A DNA stretch of 64,000 nt from Selaginella moellendorffii (taxonomy: Eukaryota > Plantae > Lycopodiophyta). Shown one piece after another: positions 37,702-48,335 of the stretch. The stretch lies in NCBI RefSeq assembly GCF_000143415.4, contig NW_003314373.1, positions 248,001 through 312,000 of the forward strand, read 5' to 3'. The notes beneath the pieces are model-generated. The model had not been told where the DNA came from and did no database searches. It saw only the letters and a list, made by a program, of their open reading frames with translations. Every line of letters starts with the position of its first letter. The first letter of the stretch is position 1. The translations under genes were made by a program, and so were the position numbers.

Positions 37702-38515
37702 GGAGCCATTTGCACTTACGCTTTATATAAAAATATTTTAAAACGTGTATTTTAATTTTTGTGACTGTTGCATTTGCACTTTAGTAGTTTTTAGGTTGTT
37801 TTAAGCTTTAAGTATGCATTTTAAAACATTTTCATTCCCACCTACATAAGTTTTTGTGATAAAAATTTAACGTAAAACATTAGTGACTTTGCACTTGACT
37901 TACTTTAAAATGTCTTTAAAATATGCCAAGATTCGAGAGATCGACATCTCCACGGCCTCAGCCCTGAGGCGGCCTGCCTCCTCGAGCAACAGCTGGGCCT
38001 AGTGCTCATCCTCCAGCCCCGAATGCTCTTCCACCACAGTTGCTCCTCACTCCACGAGGAGCACCTCCTCACTGGATGCCACTGCCCCGAACTTGCACCA
38101 TCTCCTTGTTAATCCCCAAAATCGGCTGCTCCTCCTTCCTCCACTGAATCCCCAATAGGATCTAACCCTAGGGTGATGACTGTTGTCAGCTCCCCTGCCA
38201 TAAAATGTTTGAGCTCACGGCAAAAAACTGAAACGCCTTAATTAGGGCACTGGAATCTTTGGGGAATCTCAGAGATTCCTTTTAAAAATATTTTAAGTTT
38301 AAAAGAACCCCCCCCATCTTTTAAAATCGGTCTGAATGTTTTAAAAAGTGAAAACATTGTGTTAAAGTTAGCACTATGTGCAAATCAAAATGTTTCAAAA
38401 AAATATCCTAAATTTTAATGTAAAGTAATTTACTTTATTTTAAAACATAGTGCGAATGTATTCATCACTTAAATTTAACACATTTCAAGAATAAAGAGCA
38501 GGTGCAAATGGCTCC
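37702..38515. mobile_element. Non-autonomous TIR element (PIF/Harbinger-Tourist-like)
   Basis: TIRs GGAGCCATTTGCAC / GTGCAAATGGCTCC (14 bp perfect, 22/25 extended) flanked by a 3-bp TAT duplication; no ORF. Confidence 0.8.
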
Positions 38516-38784
38516 TATGGATATCTTCCCAAACCCCCACTTGCATAGAAGTGTGACCACACCAATGCTATAACTCTTATTATTGTCCACCAATTATAAT
38601 CCTCTACTATAAGCATAGGATTTGAGCCTAGGACCTCAAGCTTATCTTTGGTGATAATTATTAGTTTTTTTGAAACTAATTGTGCTTAAATATAAGTAAG
38701 TAATTACTAATCTCACAGTGATTATAATTATGATATTAAAATTAACATTATTAAGAATTAATTTGAAATAAATAAAATATAAAA

Positions 38785-39560
38785 TTAGCAAAATGTTCTG
38801 GAATCCCATACAAGTTCTACTTTAGGATTAGTGGTAAAAGTTTTCTGATGCGTAGTATATAAAACTAAATTACAATTATTTTGCATAAATAAATATGTAT
38901 CTTTAAAACAATTTTGATAAGTGCAGTATGTATTTGAAGCCCAAACAACTCTATTATTATCAGAGTATAAAACTAAATTTCCATCTTCTTGTACTCTTAA
39001 AATGCAATTCATTCCTTCAATTAAGTTTTCTGAAGACCATAATTTATTATTTCCTTTATATATATGTAATTTACAATCAATACTTAAATATAAATAAGCC
39101 TTTCTATTTGAAGAAATTAGAAATTGTGTTGATAATAAATATTGATGAGGCATATTAGTATATCCACTAATTAAAATACTTGAAAATATGCTGCATTTTG
39201 GATGTTCTAAAAACATTTGTTGTCTTCTATTTTGTTGATGATTATAATCTCTAACATAATAATAAATATTAAAATACTTATGCTTTAAAATAATAAAGGA
39301 AGCAGCAAAATTTAACATCTTTAAAGTAGAATCTTGTAAACGTTTATTANNNNNNNNNNNNNNNNNNNNNNNNNNNNNNNNNNNNNNNNNNNNNNNNNNN
39401 NNNNNNNNNNNNNNNNNNNNNNNNNNNNNNNNNNNNNNNNNNNNNNNNNCACATATTGTGCAAAGAATTCTAAACATATTATTGAAATTAAAGCAATATT
39501 TACTACTCCCATAGTAGCTACAAAACATTTTAAGATATTAATTTTTTTATTAAAGCTCAT
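38785..39560 (-). CDS. Secreted bulb-type (GNA-like) mannose-binding lectin, spans assembly gap
   Basis: CILRVQEDGNLVLY...VVWASNT and FMQNNCNLVLY...VWDS (QxDxNxVxY repeats). Hydrophobic N-terminus beyond the gap. Very AT-rich. Confidence 0.72.
39350..39449. other. Assembly gap (100 N)
   Basis: Run of n. Confidence 1.
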
Positions 39561-39984
39561 TAAAGTTTAGTTTAAAATAAAATTATATATAGTATAATAT
39601 AGATACCTTTGAATGTATATATAATTCTTACTTTAATTAAAGTAAGAGTAAAAAATAGACTTATAAGGCAAATACGATAATAAATCTAATTCAAGCACAG
39701 GGAGGATAATAGACTGACCACCTTCTTTTGGGCTGTTCCATGGCAGGGTGGGCCATTCCCAAAGACACTACCCCGTGGCGAGATTATGCTCAGCACCCCC
39801 CTAATCCCACCAATTGGAGCATCTTTGCCGGTGGTGTGATCTCCCTGTGAAGGAGCCTGGGCATATATAAAGCTTCAAAATATTAAATTTTTTATATTTT
39901 AATTTGAGCTGGGCATAGCTGTATTTCATTTAAACTATTGTAGGATTAAATGGTACAAGGGTGTGACAATATATATAAATTATT

Positions 39985-39987
<3 letters not shown>

Positions 39988-40053
<66 letters not shown>

Positions 40054-40090
40054 CATATACATATATATGTATGTATGTATATGTATATGT
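39988..40090. repeat. (TA)n microsatellite with TACA/TATG variants
   Basis: Directly visible. Confidence 0.97.
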
Positions 40091-40359
40091 TTATATATAG
40101 AAAATAATTTATTATATTTGATGTTTAATCATGTATATATTTTTTTTAAAATAAAATAAAATATTCTATCTACTATAGTAACCTTCTATCTAATTTTCAA
40201 GCATATCACTGTCATTATCCAAACGAACCAAATCCAATCCACTCAGATGGTTCATATGCAATAGTTATCTGCACATTAGTATATATATGTACTAATCTGA
40301 CACCTCTCCAGAAGATATAAAAGTTTGAAGTATAAACTTGATAGAACATCTTTTATTTG

Positions 40360-40940
40360 CTAAAAGTCAAAGAAGAAGTTGCTCAAGGCCAAAAATGCGT
40401 CCGAATGGATTCTGTGAGCGATGAAACAGCGAGCCTCGCGACTACTTTTGTGGAGGCATTGAGCCACGAAGCAAAGCTAGAGGAGACCCCCTCTCTCATG
40501 TCAACGACAATGAATGTAATGGAAATGGAAACGGCATTCCAAACAGTTGCGTTTCATAGCTCAGTACAAGCTCATGTGTTTGGCAGCAACAGTTGCTTGA
40601 AGCTCACAGTGGCCACTACCGCCCAACCTGGGAGGATTTCTCAGCACTCTCAAGGATAAAGGCATAGACATTCCAGAGTGAAGGTAACAAGTCTACTTTG
40701 CAGCGCTAAATGTTCATCCAAATTTTGCTTTAAACAGGTGGAGTACTCTTCCCGCGAGACTCACAAGCAGAAGTCAAAGAAGAAGCTGCTCAAAGCCAAC
40801 AAAGAAGCTGAAGATCCAGTGCGATGGCTGGTGCTCCGAGGGTGGAGCATGGATCACGAGCCTCTCCATCATCCCACCGGATCGTCAAACGAGAGCTCTC
40901 GACATTGTTTCGACACCCGCGAGTTGTTTACCGGTAATAA
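40360..40940 (+). pseudogene. Rearranged duplicate of the IQM 3' region
   Basis: Blocks match 36357-36530, then 36082-36390, then 36580-36700. Confidence 0.88.
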
Positions 40941-41133
40941 ATGTTCCGGTACCTTCTTGCTTTCATCACTGCTGTCCTTTCAATTTTCAGTGCGAGGGAA
41001 AGTTTGGTAAAATCGATCGAACTCTTCCTTGGGAGAAATTTTAAGGTTTAATTTTCTCCAAGATACTTTGTTTCTTCTGTGGTTGCCACTTAGCATTGGA
41101 TTCCTTTCCAATGACAAGCCAAGAGCAAAAGAA

Positions 41134-42822
41134 ATGCATGGAGAGAAGCCGCTCGATCGAAATGCGTGCTTGGAGCTTATCAGATCGTGCACGACACTAT
41201 CCATGGCCAAGGAAGTTCACTCGCGAGTGGAGCACCGCCTTGCGTCGGATTCATTCGTCGCAAACATGCTTCTGCAGCTCTACGACAAGTGCGGGAGCAT
41301 CAGCTCGGCCCGGCGAATATTCGATAGCATACCCCGCAAGGACATTTTCTCCTGGAACTTCATGCTCTCTGCATATTCCCACAAAGGGCATCTGGAGAAA
41401 GCAAAAGTGACATTCTTGGAGATGCCCGTGAGGGACATTGTTTCGTGGAACACAGTGGTGGCGGCATTTGGAAGCAACGGTCGGGTCGAGGATGCGGGAC
41501 GCGTGTTTGACCAGATGCCAGAGAGGAATCTCTCCTCGTGGACGGCTTTGATCCTAGCATATACCTGGAACGGGCATATGCATGGCGCTAGAGAGGTCTA
41601 TAATGGCATGCCCGAGAGAGATCTCGTCTCATCCACGGCAATGCTCTGTGGATATTCTCAAAACCAGATTCTCGATGGCGCAAAGGAAATCTTTGAGGAA
41701 ATGGAAGTGAGAGACATTGTGTCGTGGACATCGATGCTGAGCGCATATGCTCAGAAAGGGAAGCTCCAAGATGCCGAGAGAATGTTCGATACGATGCCCG
41801 AGAGAAACTCCGTGACATGGACTGTCTTGTTGGTCGCTTACGTTCGAGCTGGAAACTTGAGACTGGCAGAGAGAATATTTGATGAAATGGAGGAACGCAG
41901 TGTTGTCTCGTGGGGAGCAATGGTGACAGCATATAACCAAACCGGGGATCTTGACAAGGCTAGAGAAGTGTTTGATTCCATGCCAGAGAGAACACAAGCT
42001 TCATGGAACACCATGCTGACGGGATATGCCCACAACGGGTATATCAAAGAAGCGGAGCTCTTGCTTGGCTTGATGCCCGAGAAGGACCCCATAACGTTCT
42101 CTGTAATGCTAGTATGTTATGGGCAACACGGTTTTGTGGAAGAAGCTAAGCACGTATATGATTCCATGCAAGGGTGGGACATGGCTGTCACGAATGCAAT
42201 GCTCTTAGCATATGCCGTCCAGGGGCATCTGAAGCTTATGCTGGAATTCATGTTCCAAATGCCAGAAGTGGACTTGGTTTCCTGGACTATAATATTAACG
42301 GCATTTGCACGTTCTGGGAACATTGCCCAAGCAAAGATTTTGTTTGATAGGATGCAAAGTCATGATTTAATTGCATGGAATGCTATGCTAGCTGCATATG
42401 CTCAAAGTGGATATCCCGTTGAAGCTTTAGAAGTTTCTCATTTGCTTAAGATGGCTGCTGAAATTCCTGATGGAATTAGCTTTGCGAGTGCCCTCATGGC
42501 ATGCAGCCATCAAGGAGATATCGAAAGAGGGCTCTCATTGTTTAGATCGATGATAGGAGACTTTGGAATTTGGCCGGAGAGGCAACACTTTTGCTGGATG
42601 ATAGATCTTCTGGGTCGTGTTGGGTATTTAGATAATGCCAATGATCTAATAAGAGAAATGCCAGTTGAGCCAAATGTGCTTGACTGGCGATGCTTGCTTG
42701 GAGCTTGTAAAAGTGTCAAAAATGAAAAATGTGGGATGGCAGCAATGGAAGAAGTAATAAGGCTGGATGAAAAAAATGCAGGGGCATTTGTGCTATTTAC
42801 CCATATATGTTCTCTTTTTTAA
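41134..42822 (+). CDS. PLS/SS-type PPR protein, E subclass
   Basis: Tandem 31-aa repeats, HFCWMIDLLGRVG and WRCLLGACK; first ATG at 41134. Confidence 0.92.
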   Translation: MHGEKPLDRNACLELIRSCTTLSMAKEVHSRVEHRLASDSFVANMLLQLYDKCGSISSARRIFDSIPRKDIFSWNFMLSAYSHKGHLEKAKVTFLEMPVRDIVSWNTVVAAFGSNGRVEDAGRVFDQMPERNLSSWTALILAYTWNGHMHGAREVYNGMPERDLVSSTAMLCGYSQNQILDGAKEIFEEMEVRDIVSWTSMLSAYAQKGKLQDAERMFDTMPERNSVTWTVLLVAYVRAGNLRLAERIFDEMEERSVVSWGAMVTAYNQTGDLDKAREVFDSMPERTQASWNTMLTGYAHNGYIKEAELLLGLMPEKDPITFSVMLVCYGQHGFVEEAKHVYDSMQGWDMAVTNAMLLAYAVQGHLKLMLEFMFQMPEVDLVSWTIILTAFARSGNIAQAKILFDRMQSHDLIAWNAMLAAYAQSGYPVEALEVSHLLKMAAEIPDGISFASALMACSHQGDIERGLSLFRSMIGDFGIWPERQHFCWMIDLLGRVGYLDNANDLIREMPVEPNVLDWRCLLGACKSVKNEKCGMAAMEEVIRLDEKNAGAFVLFTHICSLF

Positions 42823-44257
42823 CATATTTATTAAAAAAAATTGATTTTTAAATAATTCATTTTATATCAAATATATCAATAGTGTTCTTATTAAATCATT
42901 CATTCTTAATTAATATAAGTCATTATAAGTCATAGATACTTACAATTGTGAGTGCATGGAATATGAAAAGGGAATATAGAAATGTGCATATCAATTAGCC
43001 CAAAAACCCTAGCTTATATACAGGAGCGAGTGGTCCGGATTGAAACCAATCCGACGGCTACCAAAATCCACTACGCTAATATTAGTATACGGCATCGTAG
43101 CCATACACTTGGCCCTCACACCTCCTCTCGGAATAATGGAAGGCCGTCAGGGTTCTCTTGTAGATGGGCCGGGATCTGGAGGAATGTCAGGAGGAGGCAT
43201 CGGCGGATCGGTAGACGGTATTAACTGCTCCTGATCCCTTTGTATGAAGCGTTTTAACCGCTGCACATGCACAATCTCCGGAGGATCGGCCTGCTGAATG
43301 TCATGCCGAACCTCATAAACTTGCGGTCCAACTTGCCGCAACACCCGATATGGTCCTTTCCACTGCGCAAGGAGCCCCTTAGATAAACCACGTACCGTAA
43401 GATGGGGAAAACGGACTAACACCAAATCATCCACTTTGTACTCCGCAGGTGGACGATGATGGGAGTTGTAGTGCCGTTGTTGTCCCACTTGTATGCGGCC
43501 TAAATGTTCGGAAGACTCTGCTCGGACGAGTGGAAGAATGCTTGTCAAATACTGATCCCATGACCTAGCATCAGGAGCTCATGGCAATCGCGAAGGTAAA
43601 CCCAACTCTGTTGGTAATATTGGATCATGATCATATAGAAGTTTATATGGTGAAGCACCAACAGAACTCTACACCCCTGTGACATAGGCATACCGAAGAG
43701 ACGGCAAATAACCATCCCAATCCGAATGCTAAAAGCTCACATACTTCGCAATCATCCCTTTGAATGTCTGAACGAGCCGTTCCACCAGACCGTCTGATTG
43801 TGGATGATAAGCGCTCGTAAAAGTGTGGCGTATCCCCAACCGAGATGTCAAAACATGAAATACCTCAGCCATAAATGCAGGACCATTATCCGAAAGAATC
43901 CGTTCTGGACAAGAATGCTGGAATACCACTCGATTGAGGAGGAAGTATCCAACAGCAGTTGCAGAGGCGCTAGCAAGAGCACCAACTTCCACCCAACGAG
44001 TCAAGTAGTCAGAAGCAATAATAACATACTCATTGCCAGCAGTCGATCGTGGAAAAGGTCCCATAAGATCAAACGCCACCAACTCAAACGGACGGGAAAT
44101 TGCAATTGACTCCAACTGTCCTTCCGCAGCACAAGGGAGAGTATTACGAGCTTGGCACCAAACGCAGCTACGCACATACCGGATAATATCACGTCGCATC
44201 TCCGGCCAATAGAAAGACCTGCGCAGCTTCTCGGTGACACGACGGTGTCCCATATGC

Positions 44258-44451
44258 TGTAAGTAACCAAAGGGAACAACTCGAGAGACGATCCATGGGG
44301 TTCAAATATAAAGGGAAAGGGCCCATGAATAAGAGTGCACCCCTTTTTCCAATCGGTTAAGGGTCTTGGGATAGTTGGAGTTAAGCGTCCTTGGGTTTGA
44401 ATAGTACTGGGCTGGGTGACCTTCCGGGAAGTCCAAACTCAGGAGCTTACA
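44258..44451. mobile_element. Nested 194-bp solo-LTR-like insertion
   Basis: TGTAAG...CTTACA perfect inverted ends and a perfect TATGC duplication (44253-44257, 44452-44456). Removal restores GGHMGHRR. Confidence 0.9.
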
Positions 44452-46769
44452 TATGCCCACCGAGAACAGGAGAATCATGGTAGGCATGGAGAAACCGCGG
44501 AATAAACACCGAAGGCACCACCAACCGTAAATGATCATCAGGATCCATCCCCACAAAATAAAGAAGGCCATCTTCAAAGCGATATTGAGAATGTAAATGC
44601 CGGAAAGGCAAGTCATCAGCAAGTGATGCAGGATTCTCAAACCCATCTCGAAGCCTTCGAATCCCGGCTCAATCTTTTGAGCCTCGCGAACCTCATCAAG
44701 AGAAGGTAGATCTTGCTCCGCGCCCTATGGACACTGAACATCAAGGATAGCAACTGCCGACGGCACAGAATCCTCATCTAGAAAATTCACAGATGCTGGA
44801 ACAACAAGTTCATCAGAAACATGAGAAGTGAGTGGAGAAGGAAGAGGAGCTCGAAAAAGGGCATCAGCATCAGCCATAGAACTCCCTGGGCGATGAACAA
44901 CATCGAAATCATATATCTGAAGCTTCAAAGCCCATCGAGCCGTACGACCAACCAGGTTCTTCCGCTTCAATAATGAAGTAACAGCAGCATGGTCACCTTC
45001 AAGTAACGTCCGAGAACCATGTAGATATGCATGAAGTTTCTCGAAACCCCAGACTACTGCTAAACACTCCTTCTCCGTCATGGAGTAGTTCATCTCCGCT
45101 GGTTGTAATGTACGGCTTATGTATGCAATGGGATGGCGCTGACCAGGCACACTCGAGCTCTCTTGCATCAACACACCTCCAAGACCAATGTCAGAAGCAT
45201 CCACGCGCAAAATAAAAGGTCGAGTGTAGTCAGGATATGCCAAAACCAGAGGAGTCGTCAATAGCTCTTTGAGATCCACGAACACCCGCTCACAATCCGG
45301 AGACCAGATGAAAGATGACGTTGATGACTTCAGCAACGCTCGCAATGGTGTAGTGCGATCGGAAAGATGATCCACAAAACGACCAAGATACTGCACCTTA
45401 CCCAAAAAGCGCTGCACATCATTCACACACTTCGGAGTAGGGAACTTTAGAACAGCCACAAGTTTGTCAGGATCAACTTGCAAACCCTCACGAGAAATAC
45501 GGTACCCAAGATAAGTTGTGTCCTTGGACCCAAACACGCACTTTGACCGCTTCAGCTTTAAACCAACATCGCGTAACCGATCCAACACTTTACAAACATC
45601 ACGAACGTGCTCCTCCCACGTCCCCTCCGAGTGGATCAAGACATTATCAATGAAGTCAGCAGTCACCTCCGGCATATCGCAAAGAACCTCATCCATCATC
45701 CGCTGAAAAGTTGCAGGAGCATTGTTCAAACCAAACGGCATCACCAAAAACTCGTACAAACCAAATGGTGTACGAAAAGCAGTCTTAGGAATATCTTCTT
45801 CGGCCATCGGTACTTGCCAATACCCAGAAGCAAGATCTAGCTTGGTGAACCAACGACTTCGCCCCAGACGATCCAAGAGATCAGCAATGTGAGGAAGAGG
45901 GTACACATCCGGGATCGTTACTTCATTTAACGGACGATAGTCAATGCAAAAACAAATACTCCCATCAGGCTTCGTCACAAGATGAGGTTCACATGCCCAA
46001 GGACTCCGCGACTTCCGAATAACACCCTTCTCCAACATCTCCTTGACGTTTGCACGTAAAATCTTGATCTCCTTGGGTGACCGACGACGAACAGGAACCT
46101 TGATTGGACGAGCATCCCCGGTTGGAATGGGATGATGTGTGGCAATCTTGGCCCCAGACGATAGGTCAAATTCAAAGAGATCAGAATACTCCTTCATGAG
46201 CTGGTCAACAGCTGCAACACAAAGATCATCGAAGGGATCGGAAAAGGGAAGAGTAGAACAAGATGGAAACACAAGAGGAAATAGTGGGGGAACAAAAGTA
46301 ATGGAAGCAGAGGTAGAAGTAGAGGGACGAAGAGGTACGGAAGTGAGAGGAATGGATGAAACATAAGGAAGTATGAGACAAGGGGGAGAAGCCTCAAAGT
46401 CACACTTGGCATGATTGTGCTGCAACCAATCCATACCAAGAATGAGGTCAAAAGCTTGACTCGGCACCACCCGCAACGACTGCAACTCAAGCTCAAGATC
46501 GCCCACACGCACAACTAGGTCCGCCTCATCTCGTGCACATGCATGTGTACGGCTGTTGCCATAAAGAATGAAAACTGGATCCGCCGCACGACGCAAGTGT
46601 AGACGACAACGTGTGGCAACAGGTCGAGCAATAGAAGATAAACTCGAACCTGTATCAACCAACACGGAGAGAAGAATAGGAGACCTCTTGTTATAAAAAC
46701 GAGCTTGGAAAGTAAACACTAGATGAACCGGTGCCGAGTGAACCCCTTGATGATACTCCCGAAAGAAAG

Positions 46770-46833
46770 ATGGAGGGGTCACTAACTTATTCGCGCAAGG
46801 TCCCTCCATTACTCGCGCGACTCCTCGTTTCCC
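46770..46833 (-). promoter_or_regulatory. Predicted -1 programmed ribosomal frameshift signal (slippery heptamer plus H-type pseudoknot)
   Basis: G GGA AAC in the gag frame, 6-nt spacer, 9-bp and 8-bp interlocking stems; the -1 frame is pol. Confidence 0.82.
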
Positions 46834-47741
46834 AAATGCACCTCGATATCCAAACCTTCCACCGCAGCAGCACCAACGGGACGTTGCTGATGCCAAGGTC
46901 TCCACCCAGGAAATGGAGGTCGCCAATCCGGAAAGCGCCGACAACGCCGATAAGTATGACCAACTTCATCACATGCCCAGCAACGAACGTCACGGCCACG
47001 ACCACGTCCTCGCCCTTGTCCTTGGACTCGAGTAGCAGCAGCATCAACCTCCATGGGAACAGGACCATCACTCATAGGAAGTGGAGCTGAAGGACGTGTA
47101 GCAAGAAGTGGAAGAGGCGACATCTCATAATGTTGTGCCAAGCGAAGAGCATCGTCAAGAGTGGCAGGAGCAAGTGCATGCACAAGTCCGACAAGATCTT
47201 GACGAAGTGCTGGCCACAACATTCCTAGCTTGATCCGCTCCGACATATTTGGCTCCGCACAAAGCAAAAGACTTCGGAAACGAACGCCAAATTGCATCAC
47301 CGACTTAGATGGCCCTTGGCGAAGACGATGCAATTGTTGGAAGGCATCATCACAATCGTCGGCGTGTCCGAAGGCGCGTTTGAAGACGTCCGGAAGAATA
47401 CTCCAATCGCCACGAGTGGCTGCGCTCAATCCATTGTACCACTGCAATGCCGTCCCTTGGAGACATGTGGGGAACTCACGCAAACGTCGAGCATCATCCC
47501 AAGAATGATATGTGGCAATCACCGTGAAGTGATCGAACCAATGGTACACATCATCCCCAGGATTCCCACAAAAGAACTCCGGCCGAACGCGAGGATTGGC
47601 ACCAAGAGCAGGAGGAGGTGTACCATGTGCCGTGAACGCCGCCATCAACTGAGTTTGGTTGTTCAATTGCAAGCGCATTGCATCAAGCAATTGAACCAAC
47701 TGCTGCTCTAGAGTCAAAGGAGGAGATTGTGGATCGGCCAT
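46809..47741 (-). CDS. gag: Retrotransposon Gag
   Basis: Capsid-like LQGTALQWY and LRQG motifs plus CCHC knuckle CWACDEVGHTYRRC; ATG at 47741. Confidence 0.92.
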   Translation of the reverse strand: MADPQSPPLTLEQQLVQLLDAMRLQLNNQTQLMAAFTAHGTPPPALGANPRVRPEFFCGNPGDDVYHWFDHFTVIATYHSWDDARRLREFPTCLQGTALQWYNGLSAATRGDWSILPDVFKRAFGHADDCDDAFQQLHRLRQGPSKSVMQFGVRFRSLLLCAEPNMSERIKLGMLWPALRQDLVGLVHALAPATLDDALRLAQHYEMSPLPLLATRPSAPLPMSDGPVPMEVDAAATRVQGQGRGRGRGRDVRCWACDEVGHTYRRCRRFPDWRPPFPGWRPWHQQRPVGAAAVEGLDIEVHLGNEESRE

Positions 47742-48149
47742 GAAGATGACAAAAAGAAAAAGCAAAAGAAGAGAAATGACAAAAAGCTGGAAAGAAATGG
47801 TAGATCTAGACAATGCAAAAAGTTAGATCTAAACCAAAATCCTGAAAGGAAAGAACAAAAGAAAGGAAATGGAAAAAGCTAGATCTAGACAATGCAAAAG
47901 CTAGATCTAAACCGAAATCCCAAATCCAAGCACTCCCCAGGGACAATCAAAAGTGCCCCTCAGTTCCACCAATGTGAGTGCATAGAATATGGAAAGGGAA
48001 TATAGAAATGTGCATATCAATTAGCCCAAAAACCCTAGCTTATATACAGGAGCGAGTGGTCCGGATTGAAACCAATCCGACGGCTACCAAAATCCACTAC
48101 GCTAATATTAGTATACGGCATCGTAGCCGTACACTTGGCCCTCACACAA

Positions 48150-48335
48150 TGAATTATTAGAAATATACCTAAAAATTAATAAAATACTAATTAGCAAAAC
48201 GAAATTGAATTCCACTAGATAAAACTAAATTAAAATTATTATAATGATTTTAAAAAATATCTACTTTCTAGAATAATAAATGAAGCAGAAAAATTTAACA
48301 TATCTGAAATTTAATCTTGTTAAAGTTTACTTAAT
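48150..48335 (-). pseudogene. Collapsed remnant of the bulb-lectin gene
   Basis: attagcaaaa, aaaactaaatt and taataaa.gaagcag.aaaatttaacat...aatcttgt match 38784-38794, 38861-38871 and 39291-39345. Confidence 0.6.

Larger units (their letters stand above)
43147..46833 (-). pseudogene. pol: pol polyprotein (PR-RT-RNase H-integrase), disrupted
   Basis: LVDTGSS, KTAFRTPFGLYEFLVMPFGL, VDASDIGLGGVL, HxxxxxxGH..CxxC, SDNGPAF and WKGPY. Nonsense codons at 44725 and 43729, a 1-bp deletion near 44665 and a nested insert. Confidence 0.93.
42947..48146 (-). mobile_element. Full-length, inactivated 5.2-kb Ty3/gypsy LTR retrotransposon
   Basis: 174-bp LTRs (42947-43120 and 47973-48146; TGTGAG...CTCACA; 3 transitions apart), CAAT duplication, PBS TGGTGGAACTGAGGGG and PPT GAGAGGAGG. 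Order is gag-PR-RT-RH-INT. Confidence 0.97.

Noticed and set aside
38610-38640. tRNA T-arm/B-box-like sequence on the minus strand
   Set aside because: No A box, cloverleaf or SINE boundaries found.
42982-43224. ORF MCISISPK... repeated at 47978-48160
   Set aside because: Chance frame within the duplicated LTR.
44725-44727. TAG after RNase H as programmed readthrough
   Set aside because: The other copy has a Gln codon here, so this is a C-to-T nonsense mutation.
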